64,000 nt of DNA from Dimorphilus gyrociliatus. Its lineage: Eukaryota; Animalia; Annelida. Positions 50,325-64,000 of this stretch are shown here, piece after piece. The notes under the pieces were generated by a model. It did not search any database. It was not told where the DNA came from and saw only the letters and a list, made by a program, of their open reading frames with translations. A program made the translations under genes and the position numbers. The stretch covers positions 5,465,100-5,529,099 of the forward strand of contig CAJFCJ010000006.1 in the NCBI GenBank assembly GCA_904063045.1, written 5' to 3'. Numbering within the stretch: the stretch's first letter is position 1; the number at the start of each line of letters is the position of its first letter.

Positions 50325-51244
50325 TATTACAGTTTCGCTTAATTCCGATAAATAATCTTGAAGAAAAACGAATCAAAACGATGAAAGTTGAGAGTTTATA
50401 TTGGGAAAAATGTAGAGAGATGGTTCTCTAATAAAAGCGGCCGAAAATGTAGGGCGTAGACTGCAAACTTTACAGATGTTCTGCACCAGATCTGTCGGCG
50501 TATATATACTGCTGTATATAAACTGACATATACGCTGTCTTACAATATATTTTATAAGTAGAATAATTTAAGAATCTCACCTATTTTTAGATTAATTATT
50601 AATAGTTACGAATAATAATTTGGCAAAATATTTCGCTCTGTAGATTTTTTATAAACTTATTGGAAAGGCTGAACGAAGAATAAAACGACTGGTAAATCAA
50701 CAGGAATACAACTAAAACGTACACCTGTTACAAAACAGCTTTTGGTTATGAATCCTCTCCTATTATAATCCGATTACGTTATGATTTAGGTCTATACACA
50801 AATGATATTGATATTACTTTCTAAATATTTTACAATTAAAAATTTATAGATAGAAATTTTGCATAAAAGCATAAATAGGAAACTTTTGTTTTTTTCTATA
50901 TTTTTCACTCTCTTCTCTATCTCTCTCCATCTAACTACATCTTTTTCCTCTTCTCTCTCTCTCTCTCTCTGTCTCCCTCTATCTCTCTTTTCTCCTCTAC
51001 GCCATAACGCCATCTGCAATGTTTGTTACAAAAAATATGATATAATTATTTTTATTTATTATAAACTATAATATTCAAATAGTATATTTATAAATTAAAA
51101 TTGGGCAAAGCACCTTTGTTAACTGTATTACTAATAAAGTAGTGCTACATAAATGTATAAATATAATAATATTTACATGATTATATCTCTCAGTGTAGAA
51201 AAAAAAAGTTTGCTATTGAAATTGTTTCTTTCTTCTATTCTCTT

Positions 51245-51281
<37 letters not shown>

Positions 51282-51495
51282 AAAATTATTATAGCAAAGT
51301 GTTGACGATGATTAATTTAAATATCATTAAACTTTAGAATTCGTTGCAGTTCTTTGAGTAAAAAACAACAAAGGGAAAACAAACAGGCTAGGATAAAAGA
51401 ATATTTTGTTTAATAATTATTATAATACAAAAAATATGAGCACATAACGCAAAAGAGTGTGAAAGAAATATAATTATAAAGATTTCTTATTATGT

Positions 51496-54400
51496 TCAAA
51501 ACATTAACAAATCATTTGGATTATCGATTTCGTCGAGTACTTGTTGGAATTTCTCTGCTAGTCTCATCTTCTTAGCTGTTGAATCGTGATGTAAACTTTC
51601 CAATAATTCCACACGGTAAGTTGAAGCATATTTGTATAGAGAATACAACGCTTGCGATATATTCAGTTCTGCAAAGTTCGCCATGGAAAAGTCAAGCATT
51701 GTTAGAGCCATCTGATTCTCGTCGATGCTAGCCATCTCCGAGACGGAATAATAAAATTTTTCAACCATTTTCTTATAATCTGCCATGTCTCTCGCAAACA
51801 ACAACTTATTTGTTGGACTGTCCTTACCCAATTTGATTTCTGACGTACTGCAAGCGTCCATTAATGTCTGAGCGATTACAGACAGACAAGAATCGACCGT
51901 TATCGATTTGTTGATATCAAACACAAAGTCTGGATTCTTGACAACATTTACCCAAAAACGCAAAAGGTACGCGTTACTCTTCCAAGTGTGAATTGTATCA
52001 GTGTCATTGATATTGTGACGCCGAGCGGCAGCGTCCAACATATCAAAAAGGTATTTTAAGCATGGTGGAAAGCCTTGATCGACAGATAGAATAGTCCGAA
52101 AGAGGTCGTGAATAAACTTGTGCAAAGTACCCTTCGTTGTTAGTAGTCTTGTTAAAAATAATTCTGATATGACCCTTGGCCCTCTAGTTGGTAAAGTATC
52201 GTCATTCGGAGCTGACAGATGAAAGACTTTATAATTTTCTTCATCTAAAGCCAACATATGTGACGAAAGCCCAGGTGACGCGCCGGAAAATAATTGCAAT
52301 CTACCATGAATTCTTCTGATTGTTCCCTCGTCTGCATTGTCGGGAACCCTGACTACAACTAGTTCGAAACTACAGTTGTTAGAGATACCGTAATGCGCCA
52401 TTGTATTCAAACGTTTTAGTCCATCTTCAATTTTACTCGTTTTATCCTCATCATAGAGACGTTTCCTTGTCAATGTGTTCCTTCCGTTATCATCTGCTAT
52501 AATCACTTCAAGTTCGCAATCGTGAACGTTAGGTCTGGCCGAGTAGCACTGCCCTTTATAAATCATGTCCAGCATCTTCATTTTTGCTTGCGTGACAGAG
52601 TCGCACTGGAGAACCCTGACTGGGAGAAAATCCTTCGAAACCACTTTACGATTGCTGTTGGCTATTTGATTCGTTTCTATAACCAATACATGCTATAGAA
52701 GAGAAGAGAATATATTATTAAATTTATCTTTCCTATTCTTAATAATATATAAGCAAAAAGAAACGGTTTTATAGAAAGAGAAGAAGAGGGAGCTTACAAG
52801 AGTCTCTGGCATATTATCTTCCAGTTCTCTAACCCTTAATAGTTTATCCTCGGATAAAGAGTAAAGGGCTTCTCCAGTAATCGCGTCCACTGGTCCTTTT
52901 TCCGTTTGATGTTTAATAGCCTAACAAAATGTATTTCTATAGTATTAACATAGAAAATATATAAATTATGTAAATCTTGTACCATGAATAATGTGTATAA
53001 AGCTTTTCCCGATTTTTCTTTCAAATAGGAATAAAAGCAGAGAGACAACCAGTTTGTGATTAGTTTTTCAACGACTCCTTCAGTGCTAAAATTAGTTAAA
53101 TGATTTTTATGGCGTGTAAGAAAGTTATTTAATTAAGACAAACCGTCTAAATAGAAGTTTAACAGATTTCTTTTCAACGTATTTATCAATTAAATCATTT
53201 ATTAAAGTCTTCATAATTCTGAAGAAAAGTTATATTTAGCATACAATTCCAATAATAAAGTTTATAATTCTTTTCTTTTTAATATCAATATACAAATAGA
53301 ATAAGGCAAGGAAAATCAATTGAATTAAAATCATGAATTATAATCTTACTCTGTAGCGTATTCCATTTTATCCTGTAAGACAACCATTAAAAGAGACGCT
53401 AGCTGTGCTCTATAAAAGAAGGAAGAGAAGTACATAAATGTAAAGGAAAGAATTGGTTCATTAATTTGTTAATTATATACTATATACGATATATAATTCA
53501 CTCACTTTTCAGTTACTGTGAAATTCTTATGAGCTTCTAACGTCTTTATAAGTATTAATAAAAATTGTTTGCAGCTCAATAACTGGTTAAATTTATCCAG
53601 AGCTGGCTTTTTGGCGTGATGGATTTTTTCCTTCTGCAATAGAGTTGAAAAAAAAAAGAAGAGTATATGAAGATTGGAGTGTTAATTAAAGAGAAGGATA
53701 AAGATGTATCTTCTTTCTATCCCTTTGAAAACTAACCTTTAATACAGCGTTTTCACCGTCATAGATAATACTCGGGAAAAGGACGTTTATTGTATATTGT
53801 TTGTAATCGACGAAGGGAAGTGAAATGGCTGGATGGACGTCAGATGTCAAATCGGTCATGTCAGTTTGTAATTCTGTGAAGGCTGATAGAATAAAAAAAT
53901 AGGTTATTTAAAATTTATTAGGTTTACAGTTAATAAATAGATGAATAAATGAATAATAACTATTATTATTTATATCAAATATAAGTATACACTCTATATT
54001 ACCACAGTATATAATCAAAGATGCTTTATAATAAATACAAACCTCTTCTACAGGTGTTTCTTACGCTACTCTCCAACGTTTCCAACTGGATATTCATATT
54101 CTTGCATTCTTGTTTAGCTTTCCAAGCTTTTCTTCTATAGATTATACCGACGATTAGAGCGACTACAACGATGAATCCGACAACTGCTGATATACTCAAT
54201 AAAGCTTCTAGTGGCAGTGGCATGTTTGTACCAGAGCTTTCTTCGATATCAACTCTCCCCAATGTATAATTTAGATAACCAATGCTCACCTGAAATTAAT
54301 ACAAATAATTCATATAAAACAGCAAAACCAGATAGCAATATATTACGAGGGTGAGAGAAAGAAAGAACGAAGGAAGGAAAAAAAAACAGCTAGGCCTATA

Positions 54401-57400
54401 ATTATTCTATGTTTCTCTTTTTTATCATTTTAACGAGAGGCGGCTGGAAAGGCACATTTTACCCCCATTAGACGAGTTTATTATTTATTTCCTCCCTGTT
54501 CGACAGTTAAAATAACCTATGAAAGAAAGTAAATGATAGGACGGAAAAAGTTATCTTATTTGTCAAAGCTTGTTTTTACTATTTATAATATAATATAAAT
54601 CTCAAAATAGAAGATTTTTAAAACTATATTATCGCTCGAAGCTGACATGGTATGATTTCTCTCCTCCGTTACACATTCAGATGTATTTGTTAATCGATGT
54701 TTGAGAAGTCCATAAGCACTTTATATATATATGTATAAAGCGAGAAACGTTAATTTTCTCCTTATCTTAGACTAGTTCATTTTTGTTCTATATATAGAAT
54801 ATTCAAATCGGAATGAACGATTATTTTGCTATTAAGAGTATGAAATGACGTTAAAACCTTTATTACAAAAGAAAAAAATTCGGCTGTCTGCTAAAGATAT
54901 AAATAAATAGATGTTCTCAGAAAATAAAGGCTTCAAGGCTTAATTCACTGGACAATTCGCTCCTTGAGAAAATAGGCAAATGAAGGAAAGAGTTGTGTTC
55001 TTTTTTTAGTTTCGTTAAATGTTAAATAAAGTAGATTTTGGTTTTAATGATTAACTAAAATATTAATAATAATAAAAATACCGTGACGTAAGCTTCCCTT
55101 TCTAATAATTTCTCCAAATTGTCAGGTAATTTGCATACAATGTTCTCTTTACCAACTGTGGTTACTTTACACTGAGTATTACGTATTTTAACCAAAATTT
55201 CCTCGGCTTTAGACGCGCATTGTAAATTCTCCCCTTTAAGAACTAAATCTCCATCTAAATTGTTTCTGGATATTGAAACTTTCTCGTCTTCAAACGCTCT
55301 AAATACAGGATCAGGGCATATTGTAAACGATTGAGCATCCATATTTTGAAAGAAATTTTCATAAGTTGTTATACTATCCAAAGTAACACTTGGATATAAT
55401 TTCGAACTTGAACGTCTCTTTCTATTTGATTGGGTGAAATATTCCGGTATTAAAGGCGATTTGAATAATAATCTCGAGTCTGTTTTATTCGTTAAAATCT
55501 GTTGGGAAATGCATAAGAAAAAGAGGCATAAAGTAATAATGATGCACGTAAAATTCTTTGAAGCGTATTCGAACGTGACTGGTAGATAGTTTTAGGATTT
55601 TTTTTTGTTCTACTTTAAAGACGTATAAAGGGCTTACCGCCTCCTCCGATGTATAATTATTAGGCCCAACGATCTTCAAAATCGGCTTTACAATGGACAG
55701 GAAGTTGGTACCGTGAACAGCTATTAGTCTACCGCCAGATGGAAATATTTCTAACGGACCGATACCAGTAACATTAGGATTTCCGGTTACAGTAAAGTTA
55801 ACGATGAGAAATGTTACTGCTTGATGAACCTTAACGAAGACCTTTGGAAGTGTCGTCGGTACACTTTTAAACGGCAAAGTACGACATGTCAATAAATCAG
55901 CTTGGAAATGTTGACTTGTCAAGCTACAGTCGAGTTCTCTGCCGTCTGTACCAAAATAGACGCTTGTGGCGTTAGGAGAAAAAATGTTGCGGCCCTGTAG
56001 TGTAATTAACGTTCCTCCGGCAAGTGGCATTAATAAAGGATCGACTTTCGTAATAATTGTCCTCTGCAAAATGAAAATTACAAATTAGCGTCTCCAAACA
56101 ATTTCTTCCATAAAAAAATATTATAAAATATTAAAGACTCAAGTAAACTTACTACAAAATTAAATAATTTCCATACAGCAAATTTGCTATCCTTAAACTG
56201 AATTGTAACATTTCCTGATTTCGGTCCTGGAATATTCGGCTGCAGTTCGCAGATAATCCTAAACAATCCCTCAATCAGCTATTAGGCCTATTAAATTGAG
56301 TAACATACTTCTCTGCCACGTCGTAATCGACTACGACACAGATTGTACCCGCAACGTTAATAGATTTTATGTCCGACTTTTCTATTCCCATATTCGACCC
56401 TTTTATGGTTATACTGGCGACTGAGTTGTAAGGTACCCATGGAGGTTGGACCGATCCTATTACTGGATTTGGACAGTCTTTCACACTCGGATTGTTTTCA
56501 GACCAAGGTCTACAAGAATGAGAATCAGCGTGCCAGCTACAGTTGTAAGGACCCTCGCCACGTTTGAAGCATTGGCTACAATCTTTGGCCAATGCGGAAC
56601 AATCGTAAAATTGGACTGTTGTGTCAATAAGCAATGTTGTAGACATATCGTCGGTAAATATTGACAAACAAACCTATTTGCGAATCGATAAAATATTGCC
56701 TTCCGTCCCAAACGATCTCCAGTTTGACATTCATACTGGGAATTGACTTCGGTAGACGATACTAAAAAAATTTATAATGCACTTTCCCATTTTGCTTAGG
56801 GTGTCATTATCGTTGTTTATTACACTTATCTATTATTGGTTTTTCTTTACGCGTGAGCCTACTTGATAAATATATTTTATATCTAAATGGGATCGGGAGA
56901 GCTTCCTCGGGGCCGTGTCAGGCTATTCGCCTCCTTTCTTTTTATTACCGATCAATCAATGAAACGGGGACGTGGGTAAACAATAAATAGTTTATTAAAA
57001 GGCCCCACGTTTTTTTCAAGTGCTCAATATTGCTAACTGTTTAACTTGCTATATCTATCTTTAGACTCTTTACAAAAGAAAAACCGTGTAAGTGTTCTTG
57101 TTTTTTCCCCCTCTCTTTTCCTTTCTTGGTACAATAAGCGACGATAAAAACGTTAAGTTTATAGAATAGTTAATTACCATCAAATCTTTGCAAACAATAC
57201 CGTCATCTTCTTTTGTGGCTGACAATCTCATCACTTCATCTCCTTCTCGGAAAATACATTCGTATTTTACGTTGTTTCTCTGTTTGAAAGGAAAATAATT
57301 ATTGGCTTGATCGTTTTCTCTCACAAAAATACTAAGAAACAATAATATAAGAACAAGAGTAAACATAAAAGAAAAAAAACCCAGGGCGAACAACAAATTA

Positions 57401-59619
57401 CTGAGTTTATTTAGCCGGCTTCTCTTTCGCGTCATTACCTTTGGTGCGAATTGATACGGCACTTTGACGTCCGACGCAACATTTTCGATTCTGTAGACAA
57501 CACGTTCTGACGTTGTTATCCTTGGACAGCGCCACTGATTTTTTAAATATTCAGTGGGTTCTTCACAAGAGCTTATAGTTGATTGAGAAACACATGATGG
57601 TGTATCCAGACAAAATCTACAATTCCATCCGTATTCCATAGAAGAATTTGAACATGCTGAGCATCTTTTTTTAACGAAAAAGGCAACAATAAGATAAATT
57701 TGATTCTTATATTTTATAAGAATTAATTAAGGCCAATACACTTACGATTCCAAAGTACTGCAATTATAAATCTGTATAAAATTAGACACTATTATCTTGT
57801 TAAAATTCTTATGGCGAATGTCCAAACGCCTTGTAAAATCTGTAAATTAAAAGAAATAAACATTACATAAGCTATTATATAATGTTGATAAATTTGCAAC
57901 AGATTTACTTACTAGTTGAAGGGAATTCTTTAACTTCGGGAAAATCTTTACAGACGATTGTTTTCGAATCGGATCGAAGAATGGCTTCAACTGACTGAAA
58001 GTTGTCATACAAACATTCATAAACATCACTGGGTTTGTTTGGCAGTGGTAAATTCAACTCCAATTCTACATCCTTTAAATCATTCCAACTCACTTTTGCC
58101 GGACGGATAACAGTTTCTGGACAAATGTTTTGTTTATAAGGCGTCCACGAAGACACAGGACACGAAGACTGTGTTGTGCATGCTGTTGAGGGTAAGCACC
58201 ACCCACAATGTGGATCTTTTGCCAGGTGGCATTCTTCACAGGTTTTGTAGTTTTCACAATTACTCAATTTAGCTTTATAAATGCCTTTTTCGGAAGGAAT
58301 GATGAGATAATTCTCATTCAAATACATTCTTCTAAGAACTTTTCCCGATTCTGGCAGTTGCCTTATAGAATACGGTGTAGACATTGCTGAGTTAAGAATC
58401 TCTACTTTTGCTACAGCACCATCTTCTAAGCCCACAAAGGCTGCGGTAAACGACGGTTTCTTCTCAAGTACGAAACTAACTGCAATTTTTCCATCAAGAA
58501 ACGCCCGCTGTCCGAAATATGAAAATTTCTCCGTCAAATAAACACCATTGTCAAGACTAAAATCTGTAGCACTAGGACAATATTTAGTCCAATCTTTCTT
58601 TTTACAAATACTGTCAGTTAATCCGACACACTTTTGATCATTTTCCTTAAAAATCAAGTTGGAGATGTCTGTAGAACAAATAACACTGTCTCTTCGATCA
58701 GTAAAGATACCGTAGACGATATTCCCTTCAAGGTGGATAGCATTTAATTTTCGATATTCAACGCCATTTGTTCCGTTGCAGGCTACTCTCCAAAGCTTTA
58801 AACTATTAAAAACTTTATCCTGACCGCAAAAGCTTGCAGCGAATCCATCTTCATTTGAATTATTCAAACCGAAAAAAAAGATGAAGTTTGAATAGGCAAA
58901 ACCGTCGAAAAATGTCATGTTGTGGAAACGTTTTTCGAGTGAGTATAAAGAAGCTGTCTTTAGTATCTTTTCATATATGACTGAGCCTCCACTCAAATCG
59001 TATGGTATTAATTTTTCAGGTTCTCTTCCGGCAATAAAAACACTTGCTAGGTTTGAAATGTCTTTTTCATTCATTCCTTCTACTGTTGAAGATGTCAATA
59101 CTCCAGTTTTTGTGAAATTATCAACTCCAATAACAAGGCCGAATGGCTTGCCATAGCCAACCTTTGTGTTGAATATTGAAGTTGATCTAAAGCTGTTGAA
59201 TGGCTTTAGATCATTTATGGAAAAATGTTGGCAAAGACCAGCAAGAGTTGTATTGGATATACATGATATTAAGAAGTCCTCTTTAGATTGATACTTATCA
59301 TGAACGTAGACTAGTAGAGTATTATAAGTATCAACTAAATCATCTATGGATATTGAATAGGAAAATAAAGAGATATTCGTATCAAATATAAATAAAGTAA
59401 ATACTATAATACGCAAAGAGATAACTTACTAGATATATTTCGTCTGATGTATTTAAACGTAGAAGTATCTAATCTGACCAGAGAATTCCTACTTCCAAGG
59501 AATGCTATTCCATTGGAAAAATCAACCGTCTGAAAATCGCTATCGTAACGATCGATGATGAAACAAGACACAGGATAATATAGTAACAGTATAAGTAGTA
59601 GTCTTATATGGAAGGTCAT
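51496..59619 (-). CDS. PlexB: Plexin-B-type semaphorin receptor, about 1821 aa, 18 exons
   Basis: Exons 59619-59430, 59343-57913, 57839-57746, 57664-57439, 57279-57178, 56761-56674, 56615-56309, 56258-56153, 56063-55638, 55498-55082, 54289-54043, 53882-53737, 53633-53506, 53409-53350, 53218-53144, 53085-52983, 52920-52798, 52692-51496, all phase-consistent. Signal peptide, Sema, PSI ([15 protein letters not shown]), IPT domains, TM segment, split GAP with [62 protein letters not shown] and [23 protein letters not shown] and an ectodomain RKRR favour class B. Confidence 0.93.
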
Positions 59620-59807
59620 CCTCTAATACCTCCCAACAGCCGAATTTTCTGTCAAAAAGAGAAAATATGATATATACTATACAACATCTTTGTATTTGTA
59701 CTCTGTACAATTTATATAATATATTATATTATACACTTTCATTTGGAGACAAAAAGAGAAATAATAATAAATGAGAGGTTGTTAGAACTAGGAAATACGA
59801 TAAGGGG

Positions 59808-59829
59808 TTAGAGGGCACTGTCACGTGAC
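59808..59829. promoter_or_regulatory. Adjacent CTCF-like core (TTAGAGGGCACT) and palindromic E-box (GTCACGTGAC) upstream of plexin
   Basis: Both motifs are seen about 190-210 bp upstream of the plexin ATG. Function is inferred. Confidence 0.4.
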
Positions 59830-62800
59830 CCGTAAAACGATCCAATCAACAATCAACGCCCCGTCCTCATCAGGACCGACCACCAGACTGCATACGATAT
59901 TACTCTAAAGGCGTAAAAAGGATATAGGAAACTCATATAATTTTATACAGCTCTTATCGGCACCTTCTCGAGTTATAGCAAGTGCAAAAAAGACTGCTTC
60001 TAATTATGATTTCGCCGCCGTTCTATAAGTTAACCGTTGCAGATGTTTCATTAAACCAATATAGACTCAGTAACGAAAGAACAATTACTCGAATGAAGTA
60101 GAGGATAGGTTTCAGGTTTAGCTGCGTTAATTAAAAAGCTTTGATATATTATACCTATTACCTAGAACCAGTCTATCCCTTTTTCGGGTCAATCTTCTAA
60201 GCTAACCTTACACCTCTTTCAGGCCTCTTTTCTACAAGTCCGGCGACATTTTTTGTATGGGCAAATATTCCTTAATAGGCCTATAATGTGAACTATATAG
60301 GTGTAAATATGCATCTTGAAGAAACTTTTTCTTTTCTAAGGCGCTTCACCTGAAAAACACCTGCGTTGTTGGAAAAACAATAGCCACTTGTTAAATGGGC
60401 TTGAAATCAAACAAATGCGCGCGCTCGTAACAAGAAACATCTGCACCGAGCGAACATTCTCTTTGTTCTACCACAAAATTGGAAGAAATGTAAAAATATA
60501 TACTTTGAAGAAATATAGAGAAAATAAACGACTAAGAGAAAGAGAGAAAGAGAGAAAGAAAGAAAGAGAGAGAGAGAAAGAGCGGGGGCGTGTATATATA
60601 CCTTAGAAAAGTATATATTCTTTAGAAAAGTAAAGAGAAAAAAAATCCAGAATTTTGATCTCATTCCTTTTCTTCATTTTCGTCCTTTTTATTGCAGTCT
60701 TGCAAATTAACGGACCAGTAAAAGAAGCCTCCTTTACAATTTGACTTAACGTATAATCGAATAAAGTTGCATTAAGTGACTACAGCTACTTAGATTGTCA
60801 TTGTTTATATAAATTTGGTTTCCTGTTGCGGATGATCTTTCACTTTTGTTGTTATCAATGAACTTATAAGCTGAAGAGGAAAGGGGAGAACACTTTTCAC
60901 CGACAAGCAATTTGCGTAAAAATTTACAGACCGATCCGGATGAGGGTTTTTTTACAGTCGGCGGTCAGAGTCGATAAGGTCGGCTAATGTATAATAGTAA
61001 ACTGACGTAGAGGGAATCGTATAAAAAACACGTGTAAGCAGATTTTAGCAGGGAGGGGAGGCTTTTTTCTCCCCCGCTAGTTTCTGTCCAAACATTTCTT
61101 CTGACTTTTATCGGCTTGTTTACATTAGATAGAATAGTTTTATACAGTTGCTAGTAGTCGTTTTGTTTACGCGCCTTTCGCCAAATTGCCTTGATTAGTT
61201 GGTGGAATAAAAATGTTCTTCTTGTTATAGAGTGAATGAAAGATGTATTGATCATGCAATCTGTTACCGTAAAGCTGGGCCCATCCACTCATCGTCTCCC
61301 ACTCTGCTGGCACGCGTCGTACCGAATTAGCTTCAGTATTTTATTATAAATTAGACGTTCCCTCTCATCAACCATTTACTTTCTTTCTGTTCACCCGCTT
61401 TCACTCCACAGTTATCACCTACTTTCATGGATCACTGACAAGAGGAACTATAACAAGAAGGACGGTCGTTGTAAAATCATTTATCCTTGTTAAAGCCTAA
61501 ATCGGTTACGGGACACGAATAACTCTTCCTATTTATCCTAGTGCTTTTCCGCCTATTAATACGATTTGCGAGGGTTCGCCGAACATAAAAACACGCGATT
61601 TTATCTAGTGTCCGCGAATGATCATCTTCCGTAGCTCTAAGAGATATTCCAGTCATGAAAATTCTGTCAAGAACAATAAGTAAGACGGACGGGCTAATAA
61701 ATTTAAAGTACGACTAGCGAGACGAATTGAATGGACGCTGCGATCATATTACTTGCTAATTTTTCAGATGGGCAGCAGGGCGATCGCAATGGCGGGGGAT
61801 GGAAGAGTGAGTAGCTACTGTCCGACTGCAAATCGGGCTTGTAAATATAATATATTTTGGTTATAACCGCCGGTGAGAAATTGTATCCAAATAGGGAACG
61901 ACGTTAGTTTTTTAGGTTGATATATATCTTCATCCACCACGTTTCTCCGACACATTATATCAAGCCGGTGAAAAGGTCCTACTTGGATTTCCTCGAGTGA
62001 AAAATGGCAAAATCCTAGAACGATATCCCCTTGTAAATCCCTTCCCGTTAATCAACGCTGCCAAAAGAGACGCCGAAAGAAGGATATATAAGAGATTTTA
62101 GAAGTTATCACGTGACTGACGTAATCTTGTTCAACTTACAAACCAGATATTCCCGCAGCTAATTCCTAACTTCGTGTCGATTAATTGACTTAGGAGGCAA
62201 AGCACGCTATGGCAGCGGTATTCAATGGTAAAAGTCTGTTAATGGCTAATTATTGCTTAAGGGGAAAGGAAGAGAGGGGAGACAGATCGGATAGGGTGAA
62301 CCAACCGAAAAGAGTCACCTGCCTTAATTACCGGTCCGGTAATGGGCTAGTTGGAACAAAAAAGCACGGTACCAGCTGCGGTACTCAAATTTAATAATTC
62401 AGTTAAGTAGAGAATTATTCCTGCAATGTTATATAAAAATACGAGACGGGAAGGAACCTTTAGCAGTTGATAAGAAGAAATGAGAGGAAGCATTCTGAAT
62501 ATAGGCTTATGGCCCAACTGACTAAAAGTTGAATGGATCGTTTAGGAGAAGGAACGGGCTGATTATATTTTCCCGTTGATTGGGGGAGTTTGTTGAAAAT
62601 AAAAAGCAGCTTTTCTCTCCTTAACTAATTTATAATTGTTTTTTTTTCTTCAATGTAAAAAGGGAAATATGAGAATTGATAGTAAATATGTTATCATCGA
62701 GTAGCACTGAAAATATTGCTCGTTAATCAAAGAAACGCATTAAACTAGATAAAAGACGATCCGTTATCTACACAGATGGGCCCCATTGCAGACAAAAAAA

Positions 62801-64000
62801 GAGAGAAAAGATTCCTTTCTTGAAGGCAAACTATGAAAATGCCTTTCTAAGCGTCTACAAGTCATCTTTATCGTTCCGTTTTGATCGTCTCTGAGGCGAT
62901 CAAAAAGCTCGGCGCGCAATCTTCAAAACGTTTCGTCTATAATAAATATTCTAAGAGACGTCAAATGTCTAAATAGACGCCACCCGAACAAAGAGACGCT
63001 CGCTCTTTTACTTATATCCTAACGACACATCGCCATCGTATAACACCCCAACGCCCTCCCTCCTTACATTCTTCCCCCCCGCTAAGACGGGTGTCGAATT
63101 ATTTAATTCGTTAGTCGATATGAGAATTCCTTTTTTTTATAGTCCAGTCTAAATCATTCTTTTCTTTCTCTCCAGCATTTTCACACCTTTCAATCGGCGA
63201 CCGCTGATTATTTCCTTTTCTCTTCTAATTAATTCTTAATTAAATCTAACAACAGGAAAGAATAATATTGCCTACATTTACTTAAAATGTAATTTTAGCA
63301 ATGTTTACAGGAGGAGCGACAACTGTGATATCCGATATACCAGTCGGTGATAGTTTTATTCCCATATACAATCAATTTTTTTTCGATTAACGGATACGCA
63401 TGTTGTCTTAATCGTATACTAATGACTAAGTCGTGGTATTAATCCACAAGAAAGGAGAATATTTATATACATATACACGTGCTCTAGTACGGTAAAGGTC
63501 GACCACACCTCCCTATAAAACTGATTGCAAAATGAGAGGAATAAAGTTGTAAGAAATGTTACTTGTAAGCCTACATTGTAGAAGAACTCTTGTACAAGTG
63601 TAATGTAAATCTTAAGTATCAAAAAGCTAAAAGTTGAAAGAAATTGAAGGAGAGGTAATGGGATGAATGAAGCAAGAGAAGGGAGACAGAAAGAGAGAGA
63701 AAGAGAGAGAGAGAGAGAGAAAAGACAAACGAATGAACGAAGACGAGTAAGAATGAGGCTTATGATTGAAGGCGTAAAATTAATATAATCTAAATACTAC
63801 ATGTATCAACACGGCGAAAATCCTCAATTCATCGGTTCCAAACTTAATTAACTCGGTCGACCGACTCCGAATGACGTAGATTACAGAAACCAACTTACCT
63901 TAAAAATTCCTCGATTAATCATCCGGTTATACCAGCATATATTAATAATAAGTTATAATAAGGAAGTAGTAGTACGTTCCGATTTCTGCTGTTTTTTAAA

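Noticed and set aside
1-64000. Transposons, CRISPR arrays, rRNA, prokaryotic operons
   Set aside because: No transposase or RT ORFs, terminal repeats, spacer arrays or rRNA signatures were seen; the repeats are simple TA/GA/CA microsatellites.

Overview
Gene-dense, AT-rich animal (probably invertebrate) genomic DNA with mostly short (about 50-300 nt) GT-AG introns. The compact architecture resembles a miniaturised lophotrochozoan genome such as the annelid Dimorphilus, but the species cannot be proven from the sequence. I spliced the genes by hand and checked exon phases. Recognisable genes: a 5'-partial FARP1/2-type FERM-RhoGEF-PH-PH gene (+), two tandem COMTD1/CCoAOMT-type O-methyltransferases (-), an intronless Shisa/WBP1-like membrane protein (-), intronless DDX55 (-), FAM181 (+), an SLC10-family transporter (-), a small two-pore K+ channel (-) and an 18-exon plexin-B (-). 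Unrecognised genes: a four-repeat protein (+), a frameshifted secreted protein (-), a hidden 140-aa gene (-) and a type II membrane protein (-). Most notable: (1) a same-strand nested gene in FARP intron 2 encoding a signal-peptide-less chymotrypsin-fold serine protease of Ssy5/NAL1/bacterial type with an intact His-Asp-Ser triad, whose protease exon is also frame-compatible with the upstream FERM exon; (2) a 2.7-kb acidic FARP exon that ends in a stop; (3) an SLC10 that has lost most Na+ ligands, with both Na2 glutamines changed to Arg; (4) a recurrent CTCF-like motif in non-coding DNA, mostly near gene starts and boundaries. No transposase, reverse transcriptase, rRNA, convincing tRNA or CRISPR array was seen.
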